Position numbers and translations under genes: made by a program. From a candidate division WOR-3 bacterium (GTDB lineage Bacteria > Hydrothermota > Tepidihabitantia > Tepidihabitantales > Tepidihabitantaceae), in the NCBI GenBank assembly GCA_016867815.1, contig VGIR01000003.1, forward strand, positions 2,495-66,494: 64,000 nt of DNA, given 5' to 3'. The notes beneath the pieces were generated by a model. The model made no database searches, was not told the origin of the DNA, and worked only from the letters and a program-made list of their open reading frames with translations. Shown here piece by piece: positions 44,443-55,625 of this stretch (positions are counted from its first letter, which is position 1; each line of letters begins with the position of its first letter).

Positions 44443-46877
44443 TGCTGCAGTGTCACCGACGGCTCGGCCATCTTCTCGGCGAAGACCAGTCGGTCGCCGT
44501 CACGGTCAACCAGGACGACGGAGCTCTCCTTGAAGCGACCGCGGAGCAACTCCTCAGCCAGCGGGTCCTCGAGCAGACGGCGCAGCGCCCGCTTGATCGG
44601 CCGGGCTCCGAACTGAGGGTCGAATCCTTCCTGGACCAGAAGCTCCTTGGCGGTAGTCGTCAGCTCAACGGCGAGCTTCTGTTCCTTGAGACGCGTGGAG
44701 AGGTCGCGAAGCTGGATTTCGACGATTTCCTCCATCTGTTTCCGGTCGAGCGGCCTGAAGACCAGCACTTCGTCGACGCGGTTCAGGAACTCGGGGCGGA
44801 AGAAACGTTTCACTTCGGTCATCACCTTGTCGCGGATGGACTCGTAGTTCGCGTCCCCGGTGGTCGCGCCGAAACCAAAGCCGCTCATGCCGCGGATTTC
44901 GGTCGAGGCGATGTTCGAGGTCATGATCACGACCGTGTTCTTGAAGCTCACCTTGCGGCCCAGCGAGTCGGTTATCTGGCCGTCGTCGAGCAATTGCAGC
45001 AGGATGTTGAACACGTCGGGGTGGGCTTTCTCGATCTCGTCGAAGAGTACGACCGCATACTGCTTGCGGCGCACCTTTTCGGTGAGCTGGCCGCCCTCCT
45101 CATAGCCGACGTAGCCCGGCGGCGCGCCGACCAGCCTCGAGACGTTGAATTTCTCCATGTACTCGGACATGTCGAAGCGGATGAGCGCGTCTTCGTCCCC
45201 AAACATGAAGCGGGCGAGCACGCGGGCCAATTCGGTCTTGCCGACTCCGGTGGGGCCGAGGAAGATGAACGAACCGATGGGCCGGCGCGGGTCCTTGACG
45301 CCGGCGCGCGAACGACGGATTGCCTTGGCGATCATCGTGATCGCCTTGTCCTGGCCGATGATGCGCTGGCGGATTTCCTCTTCCATGCGGAGCAGCCGGG
45401 CCGATTCCCGTTCCTCGAGTTTGGCCAGCGGAACGCCGGTCCAATTCGAAACCACGTAGGCGACATCCTCCTCGGTGACGACGGGGAACGAGCCGGCCTT
45501 CTCCCATTCCTTGCGTTTCCGCTTCAGGTATTCGGTCAGCTGCTTCTGCTCGTCGCGGATTTCGGCAGCTTTCTCGAACTCCTGTTTGCGGACCGCTTCT
45601 TCCTTGGCCCGGGCCGCTTTCTCGATCTTCTTCTCCAGTTCGTCCAGCTCGGGATTGATGACCGGTCGCATCAGCTTCACTCGTGAACCGGCCTCGTCGA
45701 TTACGTCAATCGCCTTGTCGGGCAGGAACCGGTCGGAGATGTAGCGGTCGGCCAGGTAGGCCGCAGTCTCCAGTGCCTTCTCGTCGTAGGAGACGTTGTG
45801 GTGGAGTTCGTACTTCTCCTTCAAACCCTTGAGGATGCTGACCGTCTCCTGCGCGCCCGGCGCTTCGACCAGTATCTTCTGGAACCGGCGCTCCAGCGCC
45901 GAGTGCTTCTCGATGTGCTTCCGGTATTCCTCGAGCGTGGTCGCCCCGATAGCCTGCAGTTCGCCGCGGGCAAGCGCCGGCTTGAGGATGCTCGAAGCGT
46001 CAATCGCGCCTTCGGCCGCCCCGGCGCCGACTATCGTATGCAACTCGTCGATGAAAATGATGACGTCGCCCTGGTGCTGAATCTCGTTCATCACCGACTT
46101 GAGTCGCTCTTCGAACTGCCCCCGGTATTTGGTGCCGGCGACGATGGCGGCGAGGTCGAGAGCAAGGACGCGCTTGCTCTTGAGCAGGTTCGGTACCTTG
46201 CCGGCGACAATGCGCTGGGCCAGGCCTTCGACGATCGCCGTCTTGCCGACGCCGGCCTCGCCGATCAGTACCGGGTTGTTCTTCTTGCGGCGGGCGAGGA
46301 TCTGGATGATGCGTTCGATTTCGCTTTCCCGGCCGATGATCGGATCGAGCTTGTCCTCACGCGCGAGTTGAGTCAGGTCGCGGGAGAAGTAGTCGAGCGA
46401 AGGCGTCTTGGTGCGCGACTTCTGCTGAGCAGAGCCCTTTTCCCCGCCCAGCAAGCGGGTGGTCTCGTTTCGCACCAGCTCGATGTCCATGCCCAGCGAC
46501 TGGAGAATCTGGCACGCGACCCCCCGCTCCTCACGCAGCAGTCCGAGGAGCAGGTGCTCGGTGCCGATGTAGGTGTGGTTCATCTTGCGGGCCTCGTCGA
46601 GGGCGTAGTTCAGGCAAGAGCGTGCTTCCTGGTTCAGCGGCACCTCGCCGAGCACGAGGGTCTCGGAACCGGCGTCAACCGCATTCTCCACTGCGCGGCG
46701 CAGGTCGTCGGTGTTGACCCCGAGGTTGGTGAGGACGACGGCGGCCACTCCCTCACCCTCCTTGACTAGTCCGAGCAGCAGGTGTTCGGTGCCGATGTAG
46801 TCGTGGTGAAGTCGGACTGCTTCCTGGCGGGCAAGCGAGATTACTTTCCTAACTCTCTCAGTAAAACGTTCTTGCAT
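44439..46877 (-). CDS. clpC: ATP-dependent Clp protease ATP-binding subunit ClpC (Clp/Hsp100 AAA+ family)
   Basis: two Clp N-domain repeats, two AAA+ modules with Walker A GEAGVGKT and [11 protein letters not shown]-like linker. Confidence 0.9.
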   Translation of the reverse strand: MQERFTERVRKVISLARQEAVRLHHDYIGTEHLLLGLVKEGEGVAAVVLTNLGVNTDDLRRAVENAVDAGSETLVLGEVPLNQEARSCLNYALDEARKMNHTYIGTEHLLLGLLREERGVACQILQSLGMDIELVRNETTRLLGGEKGSAQQKSRTKTPSLDYFSRDLTQLAREDKLDPIIGRESEIERIIQILARRKKNNPVLIGEAGVGKTAIVEGLAQRIVAGKVPNLLKSKRVLALDLAAIVAGTKYRGQFEERLKSVMNEIQHQGDVIIFIDELHTIVGAGAAEGAIDASSILKPALARGELQAIGATTLEEYRKHIEKHSALERRFQKILVEAPGAQETVSILKGLKEKYELHHNVSYDEKALETAAYLADRYISDRFLPDKAIDVIDEAGSRVKLMRPVINPELDELEKKIEKAARAKEEAVRKQEFEKAAEIRDEQKQLTEYLKRKRKEWEKAGSFPVVTEEDVAYVVSNWTGVPLAKLEERESARLLRMEEEIRQRIIGQDKAITMIAKAIRRSRAGVKDPRRPIGSFIFLGPTGVGKTELARVLARFMFGDEDALIRFDMSEYMEKFNVSRLVGAPPGYVGYEEGGQLTEKVRRKQYAVVLFDEIEKAHPDVFNILLQLLDDGQITDSLGRKVSFKNTVVIMTSNIASTEIRGMSGFGFGATTGDANYESIRDKVMTEVKRFFRPEFLNRVDEVLVFRPLDRKQMEEIVEIQLRDLSTRLKEQKLAVELTTTAKELLVQEGFDPQFGARPIKRALRRLLEDPLAEELLRGRFKESSVVLVDRDGDRLVFAEKMAEPSVTLQQ

Positions 46878-46934
46878 GTTCCTTCAGAGTGTAGCTATTC
46901 CCCTCCGGAAGTCAACGCGACCGAGAGCTTCCGG

Positions 46935-49112
46935 CTATTCGCACCCGAGCAGTCGGGCGAGATCGGCGCCGGTGTGAACTGGCGCAAAGCAGGTCTGGTT
47001 GCGGCAGACGAATGCGGTCGGCTTGTTGTCAGTGGCGGCACGGCCATGGGTCAAAGGAATCAGACGTCCGGTAAGAACATCTGGTTGCCTGGCCTTGATG
47101 ACCACGGCGGTGCGATAGTCGTCCGGGGTCGAAGCGAGGAGCGCGGCCATCGCGTCCGCGTCGGACGAGGATTCTGGCAGAAAGAGTACGACTTCGGTCC
47201 CGGGATGGAGGAGCAGGTCTAGCCCGGCGAGCATCAGGCTGAACGCGGGCGGGTAGGTGACCATCGTCCTGTAGAACCGGCGGAGAGTGGCCGCGGCCGC
47301 GCGCTCGTAGTCGTTCCGGCCGCAGAGACGTGCCAGCCGGAGCAGGTTCATCACTGCGACCGAGTTTCCAGACGGCGTCGCCCCGTCGTAGCCGTTCTTG
47401 ATTCGGCTCAGAAGGCCGGCATCGGCGCGGGTGGTGAAGAACCCGCCTTGCTGGTCGAAGAAAAGCTCGAGCATACGGTCGCTCAGACCGAGCGCCGCCT
47501 CGACGTAGCGCGCGTCATAGCAGGCGTCGTAGATGTCGAGCAGTCCCTGGACCACGAACGCGAAGTCAGGGAGTTGGCCCGGCACACTCGTTGCCCCGGT
47601 CTTCAGGAGATGTGCCACTTCGTTCCCGCTGACCATCCTGTTCAGGATGAAATCGGCCAGGGCGCGAGCCAGGTCGAGGTAGCGGCTGTTCGCGAAGGCG
47701 TTTGAGCAACGGGCAAGAGCGGAGAGGGTCAGGCCGTTCCAGTCAGCAAGCACCTTGTCGTCGCGGCGCAGCGCCGGGCGCCGACCCCGCGCCGCGAGCA
47801 GTCGGGCGCGGATCTCCCCGAGTTTCGGCCAGAGCTCATCGAGGGCAACGTGGTGGACGTTGACGACCTGCTCGATGGGAACAGCGGTATGCAGCACGTT
47901 GGTGCCGTCGAAGTTGCCCGGCGCGGACACGCCGTAGAAATCACAGGCGAGCTTCGTCAGGTCCGGACCGACCGCCTGCGCGACCTGCGCCTCAGTCCAT
48001 GTGTAGTACGCGCCCTCCCGACCGCCGGTGTCGGCATCCAGCGAAGCAGCAAAGCCGCCTTCAGGCAGGAGCATCTCTCGTTCCATCCACCCCAGCGTTT
48101 CAACGGCGATCGAGCGGTACGATTCCTCGCCCGTGGCCTGGAAGGCGCGCGCGTAGGTTTGGGCGAGCAAGGCGTTATCGTAGAGCATCTTCTCGAAGTG
48201 GGGCACCAGCCAGATGGTATCGGTCGAGTAGCGATGAAACCCGCCGCCGAGCTGGTCGTATATTCCGCCCTCGGCCATCTTGTGCAGCGTGAGTTCCACC
48301 ATGGCGCGGGCCTGTTCGAACTCCGGCCGGCCCCCCGAATCCCGGAGTTGAGAGCCACGAAAGCCCGAATCCGGATGAAACGAAGCCGATTTCTGCGAAT
48401 CCGCTTCGTTTCGCGTGCTTCGTGTCTTCGTGGCGTGCATCTCGGCTCCCGGTTTGCCCGACAAGCGCAGCAGGAGTGCGAGGTCGGTGGGGTTCGGGAA
48501 CTTGGGTGCGACTCCGAATCCGCCATGCTCAGAATCGAATACCTCCAGCCGCTGCTTGTAGAACCCGCGCAGCGGCGTCTCGTCCATTTCGCCTTCGTGA
48601 TCAGGCAGAGATGAGAGCCGGTTCAGCTCCACGGCGATACGGTTGGCGGCCTCGTCAATCTCGTGGCGCTGCGTGCGGAAGAAATGCAGCGCCGAAAGCA
48701 GCACGCGGTTGAATGCTGCCATGCCCGGACGAGGTCCCGGCGGGAAGTAGGTACCGCCATAGAACGGCTTCAGTTCGGGCGTCAGGAAGACCGAGAGCGG
48801 CCAGCCGGCAGAACCGGTCAGGATGCGCACCGCCTCGATATACACCTCGTCGATGTCGGGCCGCTCTTCCCGGTCCACCTTGATGCTGACGTAGTTGGCG
48901 TTCAGGATCTCGGCGATCTTCGGGTCGGAGAACGATTCGCGGGCCATCACGTGGCACCAGTGACAGGCCGAATAGCCGATGGAGAGGAAAATCGGTTTGT
49001 TCTCTGCCTTGGCCTTACCTAGTGCCTCCTCGCCCCACGGATACCAGTCGACCGGGTTCTCCGCGTGGTCGCGCAAGTACGGGCTGGCTTCGTTCGCGAG
49101 GCGGTTGGACAT
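46935..49112 (-). CDS. thioredoxin-domain protein, DUF255/YyaL family (N-terminal thioredoxin-like + six-hairpin glycosidase-like)
   Basis: [18 protein letters not shown] motif; contains about 40-aa insertion encoded by in-frame CTTCGTG heptamer array. Confidence 0.8.
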   Translation of the reverse strand: MSNRLANEASPYLRDHAENPVDWYPWGEEALGKAKAENKPIFLSIGYSACHWCHVMARESFSDPKIAEILNANYVSIKVDREERPDIDEVYIEAVRILTGSAGWPLSVFLTPELKPFYGGTYFPPGPRPGMAAFNRVLLSALHFFRTQRHEIDEAANRIAVELNRLSSLPDHEGEMDETPLRGFYKQRLEVFDSEHGGFGVAPKFPNPTDLALLLRLSGKPGAEMHATKTRSTRNEADSQKSASFHPDSGFRGSQLRDSGGRPEFEQARAMVELTLHKMAEGGIYDQLGGGFHRYSTDTIWLVPHFEKMLYDNALLAQTYARAFQATGEESYRSIAVETLGWMEREMLLPEGGFAASLDADTGGREGAYYTWTEAQVAQAVGPDLTKLACDFYGVSAPGNFDGTNVLHTAVPIEQVVNVHHVALDELWPKLGEIRARLLAARGRRPALRRDDKVLADWNGLTLSALARCSNAFANSRYLDLARALADFILNRMVSGNEVAHLLKTGATSVPGQLPDFAFVVQGLLDIYDACYDARYVEAALGLSDRMLELFFDQQGGFFTTRADAGLLSRIKNGYDGATPSGNSVAVMNLLRLARLCGRNDYERAAAATLRRFYRTMVTYPPAFSLMLAGLDLLLHPGTEVVLFLPESSSDADAMAALLASTPDDYRTAVVIKARQPDVLTGRLIPLTHGRAATDNKPTAFVCRNQTCFAPVHTGADLARLLGCE
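48375..48437. repeat. CTTCGTG-type heptamer array in frame inside DUF255 gene
   Basis: cgaagccgatttctgcgaatccgcttcgtttcgcgtgcttcgtgtcttcgtggcgtg. Confidence 0.85.
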
Positions 49113-49280
49113 CGAGGAAAGAGACTATTGCGGGCAGAGCCGGAAGTCAACCGGTAGGGTCACGCCTCGTCAACTCGGGTTGCCACCAGGCGCCGATTCG
49201 GATGCCGGGGACTACATGGAGGTTGCTCGATTGGTCAAGGCTGGGTTTGACAGGGATGGGCGTGGGCGTATCATTGCTGT

Positions 49281-51542
49281 ATGAACAGACTGGTGGCTGT
49301 TCTGCTGGGCGCGGCCGTTGCGACTGCGGCATTCGGCCGTGAGCCGAGGTTAGAGGAGCATCTCGCGGTGCGGGAGAGTCTGTCGCGGGTGCATCCGAGG
49401 ATGAGGGCGAGGTGGCTCAAGGAGCGCGGGGTTGAAGACCCGTACTACACGAGCGTCAGGATGCCGGCGACTGAGAGTTCGGGACTCGAGCTAATCGGAC
49501 GTTGGTCATACGGGCCGTCGTATGACGTTGACGGCAGGACCACTCCGAGCGAGACGCTCGTTGCGCTGGCGCGCGGCTCGGGCGTGAGCCTGCTCAGGTT
49601 CTCAAGGCGGGATTCCCTTTCAATCGAGCTTCTCTCGGACATCAATGCCGAGGGGCTGATGTGCCGCGTGAAGGTCGCGGGCACGCTTCTCTACGTCGGC
49701 TCGCGGAAGGGGCTTGAAATCTACAACATCGCCGACGAGCAGAATCCGATGAGGCTCTCGTGGACGCCACTGCCGCTCAACGACTTTGCCCTTCAGGATT
49801 CGCTCGTTTACACCATCAGCGGCTACTATTCCGACGGTGGCGATGACGACTCGTTTCGTATCTACAACGTCTCGAATCCAGCCAATCCGGTCTTCCGCGG
49901 AGCCTGCCGCGACTCAGGCTACCTGGTCTCGGTGGCAGGCAACACGGCGTTCATTGGCGACCGTTGGGGTCTCTACGTCATCGACGTCACCAATCCCGCG
50001 AGTCCGCACCGAATCGGCTCCTGGGGTAGCGCAATCGAGCAGGTGGAGGTCAGAGGGCATCTCTGCTACGTCACGACTTTCAACCCGAACGTGCCGGGCG
50101 ACATCACGTTCCACGTCCTTGACGTTGCCGTTCCGTCGCTGCCATACCAGATTGGCTCGCTGGACTCTGCCGGCGGCAACGATGTCTTCCTCGTCGATAC
50201 GCTGGCGTTTGGAGCAGGCGAGAGCGACTTCAACAGGATGACTATCGTGTCGATAGCAGATTCGACCAGACCCCGCCTGCTAGGCTCTGCCGGAAGGCCC
50301 GGCTGGGGCTATGGCGTCTGGACCAACGGGCTAGCCCAGACTGCCTTCGTTGGTTCCCACTGGACGGGCTTGCAGATATATGACATCGGGAACACGTCGC
50401 TGCCGGTTCGCGACACCTTCCTGCTGGATGCCGACCAAGCCTTGGACGTCTACATCGACAACGACAGGGCCTACGTGGCGAACCAGATGTCCGGACTGAA
50501 GATACTCGACGTCACCGACCCGGCGAGGCCCACCACTGCTGGTTCCTATGACACGGCCGGGCAGAGGCCGTTCATGAGCTCGGTAGTCGCGCGCGACTCT
50601 CTCGCGTTCGTGGATTGGTACGCGGTGCCCGTCTTCAGGGTGATGGAGGTAAGCGATCCATCGCGCCCTTTGATGCTCGGTGGGGTCGACGTGTTCAATC
50701 CGCCCGAGGACATGGTCCTGCGTGACAGCTTCGTTTACTGCGCCGAAATGAACCGCTTCCAGATTGTCAACGTCGCCCGGCCAAGAGAGCCGGTGCTGGT
50801 GGGGAGCTGCAACACGCAGGAGCAAGCGTATGGTCTGTGCGTCGCAGATTCGCTGGCATACGTGGCTAACTACCCGTTTGCCATCATCAACGTGAAGCAA
50901 CCATCGAATCCAAGTGTCGTCGGCACGATTTCCCGCGGTGCGTGGAATGGGACGGTTCGCGACACGTTTCTGTTCCTGTCATCGGGGAGCATTCTTGTCT
51001 ACAGCGTCGCCGACCCAAGCCAACCTCGGCTGCTGGACTCGCTCAGCGTCGGGGCAATCACGTTTTGGGTCGAGGCGGTCGGCTCGCTGCTGTACACCAA
51101 CAACACCGATGGCGTAAGAGTGGTAGACGCAAGCGACGTTCACAACATGCGGGTCCGTGGCTATGCGACTCTTCCATACTCAGTAGGAAGGTTGAGCTAC
51201 GCGTCGCCGCACCTTTATGTCGCGTGCGGGGAGGCCGGTGTTTGCATCTTCGAGTCAACACAGGTTGCCGTCAGCGAAGAACGACACGCCGTTCCGAGAG
51301 GTGGAGGGCTGTTCGTCAAGCCCAATCCGGCTAGGGGCGTAGCCTTGCTCCTGGGAGCGCAGGGTCTCTCGTATCCCGTTGTCGTCCGAGATGTTGCCGG
51401 GAGGGTCGTGCCCCGCGCAGTCGCAAGCCACGAGACCAACGGCGGTTTGACGCTCGACCTGACGGGCGTCCCACCCGGAGTGTACTTTGTCGAGGTTAAG
51501 ACAAGAGAAGAGGCAGCAAGAGTCAAGTTCGTAAGACAATAG
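49281..51542 (+). CDS. secreted LVIVD-repeat beta-propeller protein with T9SS C-terminal sorting domain
   Basis: signal peptide; repeated ...Y.A.G..GL.I.DV[ST]NP..P motifs; tail ...FVKPNPARG...PPGVYFVEVKTREEAARVKFVRQ. Confidence 0.7.
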   Translation: MNRLVAVLLGAAVATAAFGREPRLEEHLAVRESLSRVHPRMRARWLKERGVEDPYYTSVRMPATESSGLELIGRWSYGPSYDVDGRTTPSETLVALARGSGVSLLRFSRRDSLSIELLSDINAEGLMCRVKVAGTLLYVGSRKGLEIYNIADEQNPMRLSWTPLPLNDFALQDSLVYTISGYYSDGGDDDSFRIYNVSNPANPVFRGACRDSGYLVSVAGNTAFIGDRWGLYVIDVTNPASPHRIGSWGSAIEQVEVRGHLCYVTTFNPNVPGDITFHVLDVAVPSLPYQIGSLDSAGGNDVFLVDTLAFGAGESDFNRMTIVSIADSTRPRLLGSAGRPGWGYGVWTNGLAQTAFVGSHWTGLQIYDIGNTSLPVRDTFLLDADQALDVYIDNDRAYVANQMSGLKILDVTDPARPTTAGSYDTAGQRPFMSSVVARDSLAFVDWYAVPVFRVMEVSDPSRPLMLGGVDVFNPPEDMVLRDSFVYCAEMNRFQIVNVARPREPVLVGSCNTQEQAYGLCVADSLAYVANYPFAIINVKQPSNPSVVGTISRGAWNGTVRDTFLFLSSGSILVYSVADPSQPRLLDSLSVGAITFWVEAVGSLLYTNNTDGVRVVDASDVHNMRVRGYATLPYSVGRLSYASPHLYVACGEAGVCIFESTQVAVSEERHAVPRGGGLFVKPNPARGVALLLGAQGLSYPVVVRDVAGRVVPRAVASHETNGGLTLDLTGVPPGVYFVEVKTREEAARVKFVRQ

Positions 51543-51548
51543 GAAGAA

Positions 51549-53855
51549 GTGATGAAGGGAAGCACGTCGAAACTAGTCGTCGTGCTGCTGGTTGCGTTCG
51601 GCTCCACGATGGCGCTCGTCCGCGCCTTCCACACCGAACCAGTGAGCGTGGCGCTGTCGGGCTGGACTGGCACGATGCCGCCGAACAACTACGTGAGTCA
51701 AGTACTAACGATCAACTTCGATGAGCTGGATAGCACGGCGGGTGCTTACTGTGAACTGTTTGCGGGCACGCAGTCCGGAGGCGGGCCATACCACGTCTCG
51801 GTCAAAACGTATCCGGGCAGCGCTGAGGTCGCAAGTGCCAGCCAAGACGGGCACGTGGACCACAAGTGGGTCCGGTTCAATCTCAATGTGCTGCATCCCG
51901 AATCAATCGTGAAGGGCAAGAAACTGGAGTTCCGGTTCACCCGAGGCGTTATGGTCCCCGGGGAGAGCTTTCAGTTCTATTATGACAGCGTGTGCGGATA
52001 CAACTACGGCTTCATGATAGCGCCGACTCTGCAATCCGTGCCGGTGACGGCCGGACTGGCGATGAGGGTGTATGGACGGATGAAGCCGGTCAGCGACGTC
52101 TGGCGAGCCTGCCATGACCACGGAGATGACCCACCCTTTGGCAGCGATAGCGCTCTGTCGGCCCTGGTGAAGGCCAAGTCCATGGGCGTGAAGTGGCTCA
52201 GAGATGACTTCCTGTGTTGGGGCTCGTGGGATAGCCCGGAAAGCCTCAGAGGCAAGATCAAGTCGATCTACAATCGTTACGACAGCATGGGGTTCAACAT
52301 GGTCGGCATTCTTTGCTACGGAAGTGACGACTCGACGAAGAGCAGCGGCCCGCCGGGCTCCGCCGGTTCTTGGGGCAAGTACCCGCCGCGCAACCTGTTC
52401 GCCGATGTGCACAGTGACACCAACTGGTGGGCAGGATACTGCCGGAGCATCATGGAGAACCTTCCCTTGGTGAAATACTGGGAGGTCTTCCCTGAGGCAA
52501 ATGCGGAGTGGTACTGGAAGGACCCGGACATCGCCTACTACCAGGGCCGCAGCGGCCTGTGTTGGGACACGATCGATACGCCCATTGAGCGATGCAGCCT
52601 CTATGTGCGGATGTGCGTCATTGCCGAGAGCGTTGCTCACGAGTCGGGAGGCGGACGGAAGATTATCGGAGGAGCGCCTTGGCGGCTGCGGGATCCCTGG
52701 TGGGTAGACGGAGACACCACGTGCTGCCCGGGCGTGATCTGGCTTGAACACGTGTTTGAGTTGGCCGAGCGCGCCTACGGGGGCATGCAGAACTGCTTAG
52801 ACATCGTGTCAGTCCATCCATACATGTGGACGGATTCGGTGGGTTGTCCGAACCGCTTTTCGGAAGACGAATTCACTATTTGCCTCGACACGGCGCGCCG
52901 GGCCATGCGCGAGGCCGGGCATCCGGACATGGAACTGTGGGCAACCGAGTACGGCTGGCCCCGGTGGAGGCAGCTCATGCCGGACAGCCTCCTGACGGAT
53001 ACACTCGTTCAGGCCGACAACATCTGCAAGTTCTACACCTCAGCGATAGCGCGGCAGGCCGACCCGCGGGGAGGCTATGATAGAGCGACCCACTATGAGC
53101 TGACCAGCCTACACCATCCCGATGCTGATAACCAAGGTTTCGGTCTTCTTGATAGAGAACCAAGTCAGCATCTCATGCCGCACGGTTGGGCATTCACGCA
53201 GGAGTCCTTTCTCACCGGCAAGCGGCTCAACGGGCGGGTCATAACCGGTGACACGGCGGTTGACGACCACACTCGGGTGTATGAGTTCGAAGACACGACG
53301 GCGTTGAAGAAACGGACGTGGGTATGCTGGCAGGACGAGGCCGTAGCGGCCTACACGCCGGTACCGGTGCGGAACGACACGGTCGATACGGTGGCGCTCG
53401 CCTACAACGGGTCGCCGCCGGCCGACGAGAAGGATGCTGAGCAGTCCGGCTGGCTGCACATTGCCCTGGATCCGCGGCCGGCATTCGTGATGGAGAAAAC
53501 CGTCGCCAGTCGCCCGGACCTGGTTGTGGACAGCGTACGGTACTTCCAGCCACCGGACACGATTGCCGTGCGGGCCTGGGTCACTAACAGCGGCAATCGC
53601 TCAACGCCTCTTCAGCAACCGGGGGAACAGCCGTTCCCGACTTGGGCGGTGTTGTATGCGAACGGTGACTCCATAGCCCAGGTGGTCTACACGGGTTCTA
53701 TCGCGGTAAGTGAGCAAGTCTTGTTCGAGTTCGGGCGCGGCGCTGTCCAGATGCCACAGACGGCCCTTCTCGCGGTCAGGGTCAACCCGGGCCAGAGCTA
53801 CGTCGAGCTCGGGACCGGTGACAACAGGGGATACCGACTGAAGCCCCAGCCGTAG
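51549..53855 (+). CDS. secreted glycoside hydrolase-like protein (TIM-barrel, GH5/GH39-like nucleophile ATEYGWP)
   Basis: signal peptide; ELWATEYGWP resembles the [ST]E[YF]G nucleophile motif of clan GH-A enzymes. Confidence 0.55.
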   Translation: MMKGSTSKLVVVLLVAFGSTMALVRAFHTEPVSVALSGWTGTMPPNNYVSQVLTINFDELDSTAGAYCELFAGTQSGGGPYHVSVKTYPGSAEVASASQDGHVDHKWVRFNLNVLHPESIVKGKKLEFRFTRGVMVPGESFQFYYDSVCGYNYGFMIAPTLQSVPVTAGLAMRVYGRMKPVSDVWRACHDHGDDPPFGSDSALSALVKAKSMGVKWLRDDFLCWGSWDSPESLRGKIKSIYNRYDSMGFNMVGILCYGSDDSTKSSGPPGSAGSWGKYPPRNLFADVHSDTNWWAGYCRSIMENLPLVKYWEVFPEANAEWYWKDPDIAYYQGRSGLCWDTIDTPIERCSLYVRMCVIAESVAHESGGGRKIIGGAPWRLRDPWWVDGDTTCCPGVIWLEHVFELAERAYGGMQNCLDIVSVHPYMWTDSVGCPNRFSEDEFTICLDTARRAMREAGHPDMELWATEYGWPRWRQLMPDSLLTDTLVQADNICKFYTSAIARQADPRGGYDRATHYELTSLHHPDADNQGFGLLDREPSQHLMPHGWAFTQESFLTGKRLNGRVITGDTAVDDHTRVYEFEDTTALKKRTWVCWQDEAVAAYTPVPVRNDTVDTVALAYNGSPPADEKDAEQSGWLHIALDPRPAFVMEKTVASRPDLVVDSVRYFQPPDTIAVRAWVTNSGNRSTPLQQPGEQPFPTWAVLYANGDSIAQVVYTGSIAVSEQVLFEFGRGAVQMPQTALLAVRVNPGQSYVELGTGDNRGYRLKPQP

Positions 53856-53898
53856 GCGCAGCGCGCGTGGCTTGCGCTTGAACTTGGGCTTGCGCTAG
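53855..53898. repeat. GCTTGCG-type heptamer array
   Basis: gcgcgtggcttgcgcttgaacttgggcttgcgc. Confidence 0.85.
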
Positions 53899-55421
53899 AC
53901 GAACCGGAAACGGCTGATGAAGTGGCGCATCGGCCGGTCCTGGCCGTAGACGACTTCCACGCCCGGAATCTCGTCGCGGCGACGGTAGAGGATGCCGACC
54001 GCCTCGGCTGCGGACAGCAGGTCGGTGTCTTCATAACAGAGCCTCGGCACGGCGGCGCGGACGTTGTTCACCCTCGGGTCCGATGGAGCTTCCTTGCCGT
54101 CCACCATCTTGCCGAACGCGTAGACGCCAAGCTCGCACATCCGGTGCCCGGCGATCAAGAGCAACGCAGTGAGACTGATGCCCGGGAACTGGTCGTCGCG
54201 CAGCTTGGTACGGGCGAAGAACTTGTCGAGGTCGAGGTAGATGGCGTGGCCGCCGACCGGCTTGACCACCACGCTCGCGTCGCACTGCTCGTCAATCGCT
54301 GCCCCGAACTTCCGTACCTGGTTGATGCGGTGCGTGAGGTACTCCCCATACACGATTGTCTTCAGCCCCTCGACTACGCCCTTGAGGTCGCGGCCGGCAA
54401 GACCTCCATAGGTCGGGTGCCCTTCGACCAGAATCTGGTGTCCGACGAGCATCACCCGCAGTTCAGGGTAGCGCTTGGCCAGCAGACCCTGCTCGTTCAC
54501 GACCAGACAGCCTCCTATGTTCACGAGTCCGTCTTTCTTCAGGCTGATGTGGAACCCGTCAACGTGCTCGAACATCAGCCGAACGACCTCCGCCACGCTC
54601 TTGCCCTTGCAGAGCGGCTCATTCTGCTGGTTGAACCATGCGTTCTCGGCGAACCGGCAGGCGTCGAACAGGAATGGGACTTCGTAGCCGCGGCAGAGCT
54701 TGGCCGTGGCACGGATGTTCGCGAGCGACACCGGCTGGCCGCCGCCGGTGTTGTTGGTGATAGTCATGTAGACGACGGGAATGCGTTCCCTCGTCATTGG
54801 GTCGGCGAGCAGTGCCTCAAGCTGGGCCAGGTCCATGTTGCCCTTGAAGAGCGAGGTCTCGTCCTTGGCTCTCAGGTCGGGGGAGAAGAGGTTGCGCGCC
54901 TCGAAGCAGTTCGCCTCGATGTTCGCCTGCGTGGTGTCGAAATGGCCGTTCGACGGGATGATGTAGAACGGCTCGTTGCCAACGCGCTTCCCCGGAGCGC
55001 CGAGGATTGCAGCCATGCAGGTGAAGAGTCCGTGCTCGGCCGCGCGTCCCTGGTGGAATATGAAGACGTTCTCCTGGTCGCGGTCGCGGTTCTCCCACTG
55101 CGGGCCGAAAGTCTCGACGATCTGGTTCTTGAATTCGAAGTAGCCCTCGTTCGACCCGTAGGACTCATCGCCGAGCAGAAGCTGGGACCACTGCTTCATC
55201 GTCATGGTGGTCGTGCCCGAATCGGTGAGCAGGTCGCAGCCGGGAATCATCGCTGCCGGGAACTTGAAGACGTTAAGTCCTCCCTGCTCCAGCAACTTCC
55301 GACGCAGCTCGCGGTCGTCAATGGAGGAAGGACGGAACGAGACGGCGGCGTTGCGGTACGGTCGGGGCCGACTCTGGGCCTTGCCGAATTCAGATGTCCA
55401 ATCGTCGAGGGTGAATCTCAC
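53895..55421 (-). CDS. tnaA: tryptophanase / beta-eliminating lyase (PLP-dependent)
   Basis: collinear match to TnaA blocks: DLLTDSGT, QGRAAEH, NNTGGGQPVSLAN, FDACRFAENA, PTYGGL, GGHAIYLD. Confidence 0.85.
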   Translation of the reverse strand: MRFTLDDWTSEFGKAQSRPRPYRNAAVSFRPSSIDDRELRRKLLEQGGLNVFKFPAAMIPGCDLLTDSGTTTMTMKQWSQLLLGDESYGSNEGYFEFKNQIVETFGPQWENRDRDQENVFIFHQGRAAEHGLFTCMAAILGAPGKRVGNEPFYIIPSNGHFDTTQANIEANCFEARNLFSPDLRAKDETSLFKGNMDLAQLEALLADPMTRERIPVVYMTITNNTGGGQPVSLANIRATAKLCRGYEVPFLFDACRFAENAWFNQQNEPLCKGKSVAEVVRLMFEHVDGFHISLKKDGLVNIGGCLVVNEQGLLAKRYPELRVMLVGHQILVEGHPTYGGLAGRDLKGVVEGLKTIVYGEYLTHRINQVRKFGAAIDEQCDASVVVKPVGGHAIYLDLDKFFARTKLRDDQFPGISLTALLLIAGHRMCELGVYAFGKMVDGKEAPSDPRVNNVRAAVPRLCYEDTDLLSAAEAVGILYRRRDEIPGVEVVYGQDRPMRHFISRFRFV

Positions 55422-55593
55422 GGGGCGGATTATACAAGCTCACCTCGGCGAGTCAAACCAGCGGAGGTAGACCGTGCATCACGACAGAGACGCCACAAAG
55501 AGAACGCAGGCTAGACCGCCAAGGACGCCAAGGTCTAAAGCGAGCAACCACGGATGAATGCTGATGGACACAGATGGGTTTGGGTCCAGGCCG

Positions 55594-55622
55594 GAGCTTG
55601 TGCTTGAGTTCGGGCTTGCGCC
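55594..55622. repeat. GCTTG-type heptamer array
   Basis: ggagcttgtgcttgagttcgggcttgcgc. Confidence 0.8.
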
Positions 55623-55625
55623 GGA

